Part shown: one piece after another, positions 10,615 to 19,575 of the stretch | Layout: every line of letters starts with the position of its first letter | Numbering within the stretch: the stretch's first letter is position 1 | Assembly (NCBI GenBank): GCA_015660915.1 | Contig: JACTTZ010000006.1 | Span: forward strand, 16,370-80,369 | Source of the DNA: Methanomicrobia archaeon | GTDB taxonomy: Archaea > Halobacteriota > Bog-38 > Methanoflorentales > Methanoflorentaceae | Direction of reading: 5' to 3' | Length of the DNA stretch: 64,000 nt | The notes under the pieces: generated by a model | Database searches by the model: none | What the model was told of the DNA's origin: nothing | The model's input: the letters and a program-made list of their open reading frames with translations, nothing else | Position numbers and translations under genes: made by a program

Positions 10615-11655
10615 ATGGAAGAATCAGAACCAATGGTAGAATTAGCCGGAGAATCTAGCGAATTAGACGCGTCGGAATGGTGGAGCTCTCATTTCGACTT
10701 CAACCTTTACAACCTGGAGAGAAAAGGTGATAAGTACTATCTTAAGTCGCCTCGATTCGTAAAAAAAAGGGATAGCAAAGCAATACGGGAAGAGGATAAG
10801 AGCAAAGCAATATGGGAAGAAGCTAAAAACCTGCTTCCGGTAATTAAAGCCATTTCAAAAATACGAGGTTTGGGCGGCCAATCTATGAAGATTGGTAGCG
10901 AAGTTCGTAAAGAATGGGGAAGACCAGCTGACGTTATCGTGGAGGGGGGACGGCCACACTTATTCATTTTTGGAGAATTGCTGTCTGGCAGAGGGAGATT
11001 TTGGAAGGAAGATGGCATAATCTATTTTAGAGGGCATGAAACAGGGCGGGTTGTAAACGAACACGACCAGATTATGCAGGAATTTATGCGGGATTTCGGA
11101 AACAACATACCGGATTTCGCTCTTAACATACCGCAACTTGAATTTTTAGTGCAGCAGGCACGGCAGCTCGATAGCGACCTCAATCTACTTGAAAAATGCG
11201 TCGATGACCCATATGTATACGAGACGTTTTCCTATTTTGCAGGGGAGCCAAATTGGCTCAACCTCTGGAAGACTTATGAAATGATTAAATATTGTGTCGA
11301 TAGAAACTTGGGTCATACATTTACGCGCGAAAAATGCGCGATAATAGACAATGGTTGGGCAGAAGAGCTAGAATTAGTGAATTTTGCGAACAGCGCAAAT
11401 TACTATTTAGCGCAAGGAGACCCTCGTCACTCTCGCGCATATTATCTTAATAAAGAAAGGGAGACAGAAGAAAAGTTAAATCCTGCTCAGAAACAAAGTC
11501 ATAGAGAGCGAAAGGCGAGGCGCGAGGCCGCTAACCCACCAATGAGTCTGCCTATGGCAGAAGAGCTCATCATACGAATCTTTCGACGATGGTGTAGATG
11601 GAGAGTCACCAATATGTGTTTGGAGAGCTACCAGCACGTGATAGTCACCGTTTAA
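10615..11655 (+). CDS. Hypothetical cargo protein (possibly HEPN-like C-terminus)
   Basis: 346-aa AT-richer ORF; WLNLWKTYE..GW..F.NSAN..GDPRH..PMSL pattern. Confidence 0.6.
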   Translation: MEESEPMVELAGESSELDASEWWSSHFDFNLYNLERKGDKYYLKSPRFVKKRDSKAIREEDKSKAIWEEAKNLLPVIKAISKIRGLGGQSMKIGSEVRKEWGRPADVIVEGGRPHLFIFGELLSGRGRFWKEDGIIYFRGHETGRVVNEHDQIMQEFMRDFGNNIPDFALNIPQLEFLVQQARQLDSDLNLLEKCVDDPYVYETFSYFAGEPNWLNLWKTYEMIKYCVDRNLGHTFTREKCAIIDNGWAEELELVNFANSANYYLAQGDPRHSRAYYLNKERETEEKLNPAQKQSHRERKARREAANPPMSLPMAEELIIRIFRRWCRWRVTNMCLESYQHVIVTV

Positions 11656-11662
11656 CGCGAGT

Positions 11663-11932
11663 CTACCTCATTTCAACTTTAAGGTGCGCTCTCCGCACCA
11701 TCGCAGTCGTTTCCTCATCATCTAAAAGGTTTGGGAAATCCGCGGAATAATATTCCATATCAAAGCAGAAAAGCAACCCCATAAGCACCTCACGATCGGT
11801 GAGCGATACCGTAAGGTTGTAGTTAGTGAAACTGTATTCTGAAATTCCTTTTGCCTCTTCCCATTCTTTTCCCATCCACTCGTCTAGTTCAATACAAAGT
11901 TTCTTAGCTTCGTTATCTTTGTTTCGTGTCAA
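11663..11932 (-). CDS. Hypothetical cargo protein
   Basis: 89-aa ORF, TTG start with AGGTGA RBS. Confidence 0.55.
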   Translation of the reverse strand: MTRNKDNEAKKLCIELDEWMGKEWEEAKGISEYSFTNYNLTVSLTDREVLMGLLFCFDMEYYSADFPNLLDDEETTAMVRRAHLKVEMR

Positions 11933-12022
11933 AAAATCACCTCAAAAAAGTGTTGCAACAGTCGGGACTTTGTTGCAGAAGTAGGCGAGAGACTGGGGTT
12001 TTGCAACAAAGCCCCTGATTGA

Positions 12023-12108
12023 GGCTTTGTTGAAGAAGTGCTCGTGAAGCGCTACTTTTTCAACAGACGACTGACTTTTTCAACACGTGGCAGTTATTCA
12101 ACAAAGCC
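12023..12108 (-). mobile_element. 86-bp non-autonomous mini-element (MITE) of the same family
   Basis: TIRs GGCTTTGTTGAAGAAGT / GGCTTTGTTGAATAACT, two internal TGTTGAAAAAGT repeats, flanked by CCTGATTGA at 12014-12022 and 12109-12117. Confidence 0.92.
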
Positions 12109-12120
12109 CCTGATTGACCA

Positions 12121-12132
12121 ACTTTTATATAG
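12121..12132 (+). promoter_or_regulatory. TATA box of the heat-shock operon
   Basis: ACTTTTATATAG upstream of the HSR operator and the ATG at 12196. Confidence 0.75.
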
Positions 12133-12140
12133 CATCAAAA

Positions 12141-12155
12141 CTAACTATAAGTTAG
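12141..12155. promoter_or_regulatory. HSR1-type operator CTAAC-N5-GTTAG
   Basis: CTAAC TATAA GTTAG matches the Archaeoglobus HSR1 site and precedes the regulator-cdc48-hsp20 operon. Confidence 0.82.
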
Positions 12156-12195
12156 TGTTACGATCTATCAGACCGTGACACGCTACGAAACAGCA

Positions 12196-12849
12196 ATGGA
12201 CGAAGCAGCACTCCTTGACATTCTCGGCAATGAAAATCGCCGCAATATCTTGAAACTCCTTTCACTGCGGCCTTTTTACGTGACTGAGATTTCAGAACGA
12301 CTGCACGTGGCCCCGAAGGCGGTGATCAGTCATCTCGGCATGCTCGAGCGGGCAGGGATTATCCAGTTCTTTGTCGATGAGCGACGCCGGAAGTACTTCC
12401 ACATCGCGGATAACTTGCTGCTCGAGATTCAAATCTCGCCGTTTAGCTACGGAGTCGAATCCGCTAATGATGCACGCGACGAACCAACCGTTGCCGAGTT
12501 TCCAACTCCGATTGGCGAAATACAAATCAAAACGAACAGTTTGGCCGACGTTGCGGAGACACTCGACAGCCTAAGGAGGGCTAATCGCGAGCTGATGGGG
12601 GCGCAGCGAAGGGTCCAAGAGTTGATCAATGAGGTCATGGAGCGCGGCGCAAGAAAGATTGACGCAATATCGCGCGACTTTGTTGAATATGACATCCTTT
12701 CGTTGCTGCTTACAGGGCCCAAGACGGCCAATCAGCTGTCTGCGGGGCTCGCGATACCTGGCCAAATACTCGTAGAGCGGCTGCGTAACCTTGAAAAACG
12801 AGGGAAAATCAAAAGAATGGACGCCAGAACGTATTGGCTGGCGAGGTAA
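12196..12849 (+). CDS. ArsR-family heat-shock regulator (HSR1-like)
   Basis: LLDILGNENRRNILKLL..RPFYVTEIS..PKAVISHL; synteny with cdc48 and hsp20. Confidence 0.85.
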   Translation: MDEAALLDILGNENRRNILKLLSLRPFYVTEISERLHVAPKAVISHLGMLERAGIIQFFVDERRRKYFHIADNLLLEIQISPFSYGVESANDARDEPTVAEFPTPIGEIQIKTNSLADVAETLDSLRRANRELMGAQRRVQELINEVMERGARKIDAISRDFVEYDILSLLLTGPKTANQLSAGLAIPGQILVERLRNLEKRGKIKRMDARTYWLAR

Positions 12850-12904
12850 GGACCGCAGAAGCTCATAAGCGTATCACGCAAGCAAAATAGGAGATAATCG
12901 AAAA

Positions 12905-15145
12905 ATGACAGAAGAAGTAACGCTGAAGGTCGTCGAGGCATATCATCGCGACGCTGGGAGAGGAATCGCCCGAATTGACATGGATACCATGCGACAACTC
13001 GGGCTCGTAAGCGGTGACATCATTGAGATAACGGGCCACAACAGAGCAGCCGCAGTGGTGTGGCCCGCATATCCAGAGGACCGCGGTCTCGGCATCATCA
13101 GAATCGACGGCAACATTCGCGGCAACGCGCACGTGGGCATCGACGACAAGGTCGTCGTTCGGAAGGCGAAATCGAATCCCGCCGTGAAAATCACACTCGC
13201 GCCGACGCAGCCAGTGCGTATCGTCGGCGGCGAGGACTATCTTATGCGATTCCTTGAAGGGCGTCCGGTACAGAAAGGGGAGATGCTCCGAGTCGAGATG
13301 CTGGGCAACCCGATAACCTTTGTTATTAATGCGACACAGCCGGCAGGCATCGTGATCGCCGGAAAGAGCACGCAGATAACGCTCAAAGAAAAGCCGACGG
13401 CGGCAGCCGAACGTTCCATCTCTCACGTGACCTATGAGGATATCGGGGGCCTGAAACGAGAGCTCGGGCTGGTCCGAGAAATGATTGAGCTCCCGTTACG
13501 GCATCCTGAGCTGTTCCAGAAGCTCGGCATCGACCCGCCGAAAGGAGTCCTGCTCTACGGCCCGCCTGGAACCGGAAAGACGCTCATGGCGAAAGCCGTT
13601 GCGAACGAGACGGACGCTTATTTCATCAACATTAGCGGGCCGGAGATTATGAGCAAGTTTTACGGTGAGAGCGAACAGCACCTGCGCGAGCTCTTCAAGG
13701 AAGGGTCGGACAACGCCCCCGCAATCATCTTCATCGATGAGCTTGACGCTATAGCGCCGAAGCGAAGCGAAGTAACAGGAGAGGTCGAGCGCCGCGTCGT
13801 TGCCCAGCTGCTCGCGTTGATGGACGGCCTCGAAGCGCGCGGACAAGTCGTGGTAATCGCTGCGACCAACCGTCCGGAAGGGCTCGACCCCGCGCTGCGG
13901 AGGCCCGGTCGGTTCGACAGGGAGATTGAAATTGGCGTGCCCGATGCAGCTGGCCGCCTCCAGATATTGCAGGTCCACACGCGGGGCATGCCGATCGCTG
14001 ACGACGTGAAGCTCGAGGACCTCGCCAGTACGACGCACGGATTTGTCGGTGCTGACCTCGCCGCATTATCTAAGGAAGCTGCTATGCACGCGCTGCGGAA
14101 GATCCTTCCCGAGATTGACCTCGAACAAGAGATCCCGCAAGAGGTACTCGACAAGCTCCAGGTCACCAAGGTGGACTTCGACAACGTCCAGAAAAACATC
14201 GAGCCTTCTGCGATGCGCGAGGTGTTCGTCGAGGCTCCGAACGTGAAATGGCAAGACGTCGGCGGTCTTGAAGCGCCCAAACAAGAGCTTAGAGAGGCCG
14301 TCGAGTGGCCGATAAAATTTGCTGACGCGTTTAGCAGCATAAACACCAGACCGCCGAAGGGGGTGTTGCTCTTCGGCCCTCCCGGTACGGGAAAGACGCT
14401 CCTCGCGAAGGCGGTCGCGACGGAAAGCGAAGCCAACTTCATCAGCATAAAAGGGCCTGAGCTGCTCAGCAAGTGGGTTGGCGAATCAGAAAAAGGCGTG
14501 CGCGAGACGTTTCGTCGCGCCAAGCAGGTCTCGCCTACCATCATTCTGTTTGACGAGCTCGACGCGGTCGCCCCAACCCGAGGGGCGAGTTCTGATTCAC
14601 ACGTGACAGAACGCGTCGTGAGCCAGCTGCTGACCGAGCTTGACGGTCTGGAGGAACTAAAGGACGTCGTGGTGATCGGAGCAACGAATCGTCCAGACAT
14701 GGTAGATGTCGCGCTCATGCGGCCGGGAAGACTCGACAGGCTCGTGTATATACCTCCACCAAACAGGTCGAGTCGCGAGCAAATATTTGCTATCCATCTT
14801 CGAGGAAAACCTCTAGCGGATGACGTCGACATCGAGCAACTTGCCAGAGAGACCGAGGGCTACGTGGGTGCTGATATTGAAGCCATTTGCAGAGAGGCAG
14901 CCATGCTCGCTCTCCGAGACTTCATTAGGCCCGACATGACGCCTGAACAGGTGAAAGAGGGCGCGCCAACGATAAGGATAACGAAAGCACACCTGTACGC
15001 CGCCATCAATCGCGTCAAGCCAACGGCGTCGCGCGACATGCTCCACCAGTATGAGAAGATTGCAACGGAATTTGCAAAGTTCTCAGTTACGGAAGAAGAA
15101 CCGAAGGAGAAGGCGGCGAAGCCTGAAGACGCAGGCTACGCGTGA
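12905..15145 (+). CDS. cdc48: CDC48/VAT AAA+ ATPase
   Basis: N domain plus two AAA modules (GPPGTGKT twice; Walker B FIDE and LFDE). Confidence 0.96.
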   Translation: MTEEVTLKVVEAYHRDAGRGIARIDMDTMRQLGLVSGDIIEITGHNRAAAVVWPAYPEDRGLGIIRIDGNIRGNAHVGIDDKVVVRKAKSNPAVKITLAPTQPVRIVGGEDYLMRFLEGRPVQKGEMLRVEMLGNPITFVINATQPAGIVIAGKSTQITLKEKPTAAAERSISHVTYEDIGGLKRELGLVREMIELPLRHPELFQKLGIDPPKGVLLYGPPGTGKTLMAKAVANETDAYFINISGPEIMSKFYGESEQHLRELFKEGSDNAPAIIFIDELDAIAPKRSEVTGEVERRVVAQLLALMDGLEARGQVVVIAATNRPEGLDPALRRPGRFDREIEIGVPDAAGRLQILQVHTRGMPIADDVKLEDLASTTHGFVGADLAALSKEAAMHALRKILPEIDLEQEIPQEVLDKLQVTKVDFDNVQKNIEPSAMREVFVEAPNVKWQDVGGLEAPKQELREAVEWPIKFADAFSSINTRPPKGVLLFGPPGTGKTLLAKAVATESEANFISIKGPELLSKWVGESEKGVRETFRRAKQVSPTIILFDELDAVAPTRGASSDSHVTERVVSQLLTELDGLEELKDVVVIGATNRPDMVDVALMRPGRLDRLVYIPPPNRSSREQIFAIHLRGKPLADDVDIEQLARETEGYVGADIEAICREAAMLALRDFIRPDMTPEQVKEGAPTIRITKAHLYAAINRVKPTASRDMLHQYEKIATEFAKFSVTEEEPKEKAAKPEDAGYA

Positions 15146-15196
15146 GACTACAATGAGCACAATCAATAGCGTTAAGGAAGTAAAGGAGGCTTAGTT

Positions 15197-15685
15197 ATGG
15201 CAAAAAGGCGAAGGAATTTCTTCGATGACTTTTTCGGAGGAGGGTTCGAAGAGCTGATGGATCAGATGCTGCGAGACCTACAGGAAGGAAGGCAGCCGAA
15301 ACCCTTCATTTACGGGTTCTCGATGACGCAGCATCCCGGCGAAGCGCCCGAAGTGCGAGAATTTGGGAATATACAGCCCTTAGGGAGGGGCATCAAGACG
15401 GAAGAGGAGAGAAAGCCTCTGATTGACGTTATGGAAACGAAGGACGAAGTTCACGTCATCGCCGAGATGCCAGGGGTTGACCGAACGGACGTGCAGCTCG
15501 AGACGACCGAAAGCAGACTCGATATCACAGCCCAGAATGAGTCTCGAAAGTACAGTGAAAGCGTTGAGCTTCCGGTCAAGGTTGACCCGCACAGCGCGAA
15601 AGCAACCTATCGAAACGGTGTCCTTGAAGTTAAGTTAAAGCGCGTCCAACCCGAAGAAGAGAAGTCGCACATTAGCGTCGAATGA
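15197..15685 (+). CDS. hsp20: Small heat-shock protein Hsp20
   Basis: PLIDV..VIAEMPGV..AKATYRNGVLEV. Confidence 0.93.
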   Translation: MAKRRRNFFDDFFGGGFEELMDQMLRDLQEGRQPKPFIYGFSMTQHPGEAPEVREFGNIQPLGRGIKTEEERKPLIDVMETKDEVHVIAEMPGVDRTDVQLETTESRLDITAQNESRKYSESVELPVKVDPHSAKATYRNGVLEVKLKRVQPEEEKSHISVE

Positions 15686-15700
15686 AGAGGCTTGCCCTCT

Positions 15701-16351
15701 TCACATTTTCTTTTTGATCGCGTTAGGTAGGGCGCTAACGTCGCGAAGCACCAAATCAGGCCCGGCACGGGTCAGCAATTGACGCGTTGCAAAGCCGCAG
15801 AGTACTGCAGCTGTTTTTGTTCCCGCTCTTTTCCCCATAAGGATATCCTCAACCATATCGCCAACGTAGAGCACCTCTGAAGCGGCGACGTGCGCGCGTT
15901 CTATTGCCATAAGCAAGGTTTCCGGTGCTGGCTTCCCGTGCTCGAATCCAACGTCGTCGCCAAACAGTGTCGTATCGAAGTGCGACTCAATTCCCTGTTC
16001 ACTGATTTCACGGGTCACGCGTTCTCGGCTCCCGCTGGACACGAGGCCGAGCTTCAAGTTCATCTCTTTCAGTTCACGCAAGGCGCGGGTCGTTCCTTTA
16101 TAGAGCACGCAGTCCTTCTGGTGGCTCGCATAACAATTCATCCACGTCTCATCTGCGGCGGCCCAGTCGTCTTCGCGTATCCCCAGGTGCAGGTAGTAAT
16201 CGTGGTAGTTCGGTCGGCTCTGTTCTCTGAACTCCTTGAGGGTCACTTTCGGCAGGCCGAAGGCTTCCATGACGACTAGGTAGCTCTCGTATGTGGGGAT
16301 GACTGAATTATAAAGCGTCCCATCCCAATCGAACATCACCGCTTTGAGCAC
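15701..16351 (-). CDS. HAD-family hydrolase (phosphoglycolate-phosphatase-like)
   Basis: FDWDGTL, KPAPE, YVGDMVEDI. Confidence 0.88.
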   Translation of the reverse strand: MLKAVMFDWDGTLYNSVIPTYESYLVVMEAFGLPKVTLKEFREQSRPNYHDYYLHLGIREDDWAAADETWMNCYASHQKDCVLYKGTTRALRELKEMNLKLGLVSSGSRERVTREISEQGIESHFDTTLFGDDVGFEHGKPAPETLLMAIERAHVAASEVLYVGDMVEDILMGKRAGTKTAAVLCGFATRQLLTRAGPDLVLRDVSALPNAIKKKM

Positions 16352-16355
16352 GGGA

Positions 16356-17354
16356 TCACTCCTGCGCCGGCTTTTCGTTCAGGGTCGCAAAGCATTTCCA
16401 TAGCGCTTTGTTGTCGTACTGAGTAAGCCGCTGTTCGGTGAGCTCTGTAAGCGTATTGTTCGCGAGTGCGTCATTTATTCGTGCTTCTGAAAGGCGCAGT
16501 ATGTGAACGTTGTGCCGAACGCGCGCTTCAGGTGAGCGCTTGAGTTCTATAAGTGCGTCACGCGGACGGTGGCCCGCACAAAACGTGCAGTTACACGCCC
16601 ATTCGTTGAGCCTGTTAGCTCGCACAAGCCTGCCTTGTGCTGTCAAGACTGAGCCGTACGCTAGTCCGGCGATAACGGCGCTAGAGCCGTCTGCTGACGT
16701 CACGTTCGCGTACGCAAGAAGCTCGAGTACGTTCAACGCGCTTCCTCCTGAGGCGTGAAATTGCGTTTCCGCAAACTCGCGTGAGAGTTGACGGTATGCA
16801 CTGAGCACCTCAAACTGCCGTAACCGATCTTCCGTGCGGAATTTCGCCAGACGAGAAAACAGGCCAAATCCTGCAGAGAGCTTGGTCAAATCCGCGTTTA
16901 AAGCTCTTTCGAAAATATGAAGCGCATCTCGGTACGTGCCGACCTCGAAGCCCGCGTACAGCAAATCAGGCCGTTGAGCGTTCTCGCGAGCCCACAAAGC
17001 AGCTTCTAAGCTTGTTTCGATCGCCTTCAAGCGATCTGCTTCAGCGTTATTCCAGTACGGCGTTGTGAAATCGCCGTTTGCTGGCACGTTGAGGGTCATA
17101 AGTCCATCAGTCCTTTCGCTGATGAGTTTTTCCTGCAAAAGGAGCACCCTTTCTCTCGTTCGCAATTCGGGCTTTTTCGCATACGGCTGCGAGAAAAAGT
17201 TGCCGCTATGAATAAAATGGTGTGGTGTGCACGCGCGATCGTGCGCGTACGCCTTGGCAAAGGTTGTGTTATCGAAGGACAAAACGACGGGGTCGCTCAG
17301 CCCACGCAGCTTCGGGACAAAAGTACGGTAGAATTGGAAAGACTTGATCGACAT
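16356..17354 (-). CDS. Divergent tRNA-guanine-transglycosylase-like TIM-barrel protein
   Basis: C-terminal CNCTFC...HN zinc site and SADGSS motif resemble the TGT family. Confidence 0.5.
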   Translation of the reverse strand: MSIKSFQFYRTFVPKLRGLSDPVVLSFDNTTFAKAYAHDRACTPHHFIHSGNFFSQPYAKKPELRTRERVLLLQEKLISERTDGLMTLNVPANGDFTTPYWNNAEADRLKAIETSLEAALWARENAQRPDLLYAGFEVGTYRDALHIFERALNADLTKLSAGFGLFSRLAKFRTEDRLRQFEVLSAYRQLSREFAETQFHASGGSALNVLELLAYANVTSADGSSAVIAGLAYGSVLTAQGRLVRANRLNEWACNCTFCAGHRPRDALIELKRSPEARVRHNVHILRLSEARINDALANNTLTELTEQRLTQYDNKALWKCFATLNEKPAQE

Positions 17355-17446
17355 TGTGTCTTTTTTGTGAGAAATAGATCCTCAAGGTTTCGGCGCACGG
17401 GTATAGCTTATATCTAGTTGGATTCATATAAAATTGGTGACGTTTC

Positions 17447-17674
17447 ATGCCAGATGGATTTATGGATTCGGAGCGAATACGCGAGATTGTACGATCAAGC
17501 AAAGACTATCTTCAGATAATCTACCAGAACGACACGAAACTCATGTTGAAGGTACACAACGAGCCTGCTATTGAGGTCAAAGTTGAAGACGAAGGAACCA
17601 CGGTTTCTGTTGATATCGTGGAACCAGAAAGACTCGGCCAGTTGGTTCAACAGTTTCGAGACCTGATGGCGTGA
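17447..17674 (+). CDS. Hypothetical protein
   Basis: 75-aa ORF with GGTGA RBS. Confidence 0.55.
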   Translation: MPDGFMDSERIREIVRSSKDYLQIIYQNDTKLMLKVHNEPAIEVKVEDEGTTVSVDIVEPERLGQLVQQFRDLMA

Positions 17675-17695
17675 GTGCAATAAGCGAGCGAAGAA

Positions 17696-17917
17696 ATGAT
17701 TAACAATGCACTCTCAGCGCTGAAGACCTTCGGTGTTGCCGCGCGTGCGCTTGATGAGGAAGGTTTGACCATCGAAATACGCAGTCGAGGTAATCCCGCG
17801 GTTGCCATCGGGCGCAACGCACACTCACTCGTGCTGGACAAGGTCTACGGTCCAATAAAAGTGAGAAGCTTCAAAGAAGTTATCGAATTGGTTGGGAAAC
17901 TGGCGGCCGGAACATAG
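17696..17917 (+). CDS. Hypothetical protein
   Basis: 73-aa ORF, operon-like spacing. Confidence 0.55.
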   Translation: MINNALSALKTFGVAARALDEEGLTIEIRSRGNPAVAIGRNAHSLVLDKVYGPIKVRSFKEVIELVGKLAAGT

Positions 17918-17946
17918 GAGGACATGTCACGAGACTAAGCGCTTTT

Positions 17947-18219
17947 TTGGTGTATTTCCTTGGGACACTGCTCGTAATCGCAGGGGTGTTCGTGCTTCTT
18001 TCGCAGCTAGGGATCCTCAACCTCCTTCTTAGTACTTTAAATATTCCTGTTATAGTTCTGTTTGCACTCGTTCTTATCATCGTCGGAATCGTTTTGATTC
18101 GGGGCGCAACACTGATCGGCTACAGTCCCAATCACCAAAGAAAAGAGCGCAATGAGATAGACTATAAGGATGTTACCTACGAAGATACAGATTCGTGGGA
18201 TTATGGCAAGCGATACTGA
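17947..18219 (+). CDS. Small membrane protein
   Basis: Two hydrophobic segments; start codon uncertain. Confidence 0.55.
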   Translation: MVYFLGTLLVIAGVFVLLSQLGILNLLLSTLNIPVIVLFALVLIIVGIVLIRGATLIGYSPNHQRKERNEIDYKDVTYEDTDSWDYGKRY

Positions 18220-18239
18220 TCGCCCGTGTATTGCGCGTT

Positions 18240-18611
18240 TCAAGACACGTTTATGATGTTCTCGTAGTACCTGATTTTGTCATTAATGACGCGTTCAAAT
18301 TTCTTATACTCGCGTATTACGCCAATCCACATGAGCCCGTAGCACAGGGCAATCGAAAGAAGAAGCGTTCCGCCGGCTAGTATGTAGTTATTGCTTCGCA
18401 CGAGCAGGGCGTTGCCGTTCAGGTATTGTGCAGTCATTAGGACATAAACGGCGAGCAGAATACCCGCAACGCCACCCCACATCGATTTTATGTGCCATAT
18501 ATGGCGTTCGTGGCGTTTTTCCATTTTTCGAAGATCGAGCTCAAGAATTCGACTGTACACGTCGTGCTTGTTGACTTCGACATATCGATCGTGCGTGCGC
18601 TGCGTGCTCAT
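18240..18611 (-). CDS. Membrane protein, hypothetical
   Basis: Likely start MSTQR overlaps the upstream stop (ATGA) with a GGAGG RBS; two TM segments. Confidence 0.65.
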   Translation of the reverse strand: MSTQRTHDRYVEVNKHDVYSRILELDLRKMEKRHERHIWHIKSMWGGVAGILLAVYVLMTAQYLNGNALLVRSNNYILAGGTLLLSIALCYGLMWIGVIREYKKFERVINDKIRYYENIINVS

Positions 18612-19024
18612 ATCCTCCTGGTTGCGTAGTAGATGCCAACCATGAGCGCCACTGCGATAATTCCGACTATTGCTGCACCTATCAGTGTGGGATCGGCACC
18701 GCCACCTCCCGTTTGATTCGCTGAAGCCGTCGGGATTACTGTCAGCGATGGCGTCGCACTTGCCGTTGGCGATGGCGTCGCACTTGCCGTTGGCGATGGT
18801 GTCGCACTTGGCGATGGCGTCGCACTTGCCGTTGGCGATGGCGTCGCACTTGCCGTTGGCGATGGCGTCGCACTTGCCGTTGGCGATGGTGTCACACTTG
18901 CTAGAGCGGTTTGTTGTCCCTGCGAACAAAGCACTGTTGACGAAGCTATCGTCATAGAAATGAGCAAAAACAGCACTATAACGCGTGAGATGTGAATTCT
19001 AGGCCCCCCTGTGCTTAATGACAC
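18608..19024 (-). CDS. Surface/membrane protein with Thr/Pro/Ser-rich linker
   Basis: Signal peptide, (TPSPTASA)n repeats, C-terminal TM anchor. Confidence 0.7.
   Translation of the reverse strand: MSLSTGGPRIHISRVIVLFLLISMTIASSTVLCSQGQQTALASVTPSPTASATPSPTASATPSPTASATPSPSATPSPTASATPSPTASATPSLTVIPTASANQTGGGGADPTLIGAAIVGIIAVALMVGIYYATRRI
18745..18901. repeat. 24-bp coding tandem repeat (about 6 units)
   Basis: GCGATGGCGTCGCACTTGCCGTTG repeated, one unit shortened; encodes TPSPTASA on the minus strand. Confidence 0.9.
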
Positions 19025-19265
19025 CTATGGGTTTCTAACGTGAATATAAATAAGTTTTCTGCATCGGGGCACAAAAACTGCTGAATACGGCAGCGTCTAT
19101 CAAACAAAAAAAATCTCGTTAAAAGAAAGCTTCCTGAGATTTTCGAGTTGGCTGCACCAAAAGCTCAACTTGCTAAGGAGGGGCTGAATTGTGTTTATGG
19201 GTTTTCGATCGCCTTAATTTGTAGAAACATATGGTTTTAGTAGGGATCGAGAGGTTGTCGTCTCT

Positions 19266-19511
19266 GTGAGTGTACGGGCCGTTGGTTATGACCGAGAAAC
19301 ATCGACGCTAGAGATTGAGTTTTGTGATTCAAGCGTTTATCAGTATGCGCAAGTTTCCGAAGAAGTCTACAACGGTCTCATGAACTCGCCTGGATTCGAC
19401 CTCGAAAACTCCGATCTGAAGTGTTTTAACGAGCACATCAAGGGGAAATACAAGCAGAAGATCGTTCGGAGGCCGCGCCTAAATCTTTTCAAAGGCATTT
19501 TGGAAACGTAA
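19266..19511 (+). CDS. KTSC-domain protein
   Basis: VGYD..TLEIEF..VYQY.QV.EEVY.GLM..FNEHIKGKY. Confidence 0.8.
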   Translation: MSVRAVGYDRETSTLEIEFCDSSVYQYAQVSEEVYNGLMNSPGFDLENSDLKCFNEHIKGKYKQKIVRRPRLNLFKGILET

Positions 19512-19575
19512 CCCGATTGTGCTTAACTCTCGTTATCCGTTTGAAAATCTTCACTAGCTGACGATTTGTGACGCG

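Larger units (their letters stand above)
10282..12013 (+). mobile_element. Truncated cargo transposon 'element A' (left end not found)
   Basis: Transposase 3' remnant, two cargo ORFs, subterminal repeats at 11951 and 11971, right TIR GTTTTGCAACAAAGCC ending at 12013, followed by 9-bp CCTGATTGA. Confidence 0.8.

Noticed and set aside
13660-14832. 390-aa antisense ORF
   Set aside because: Shadow of cdc48 with Ser-rich non-coding composition.
18745-18901. 24-bp repeats as a CRISPR array
   Set aside because: No spacers; the repeats are in-frame coding for a TPSPTASA linker.
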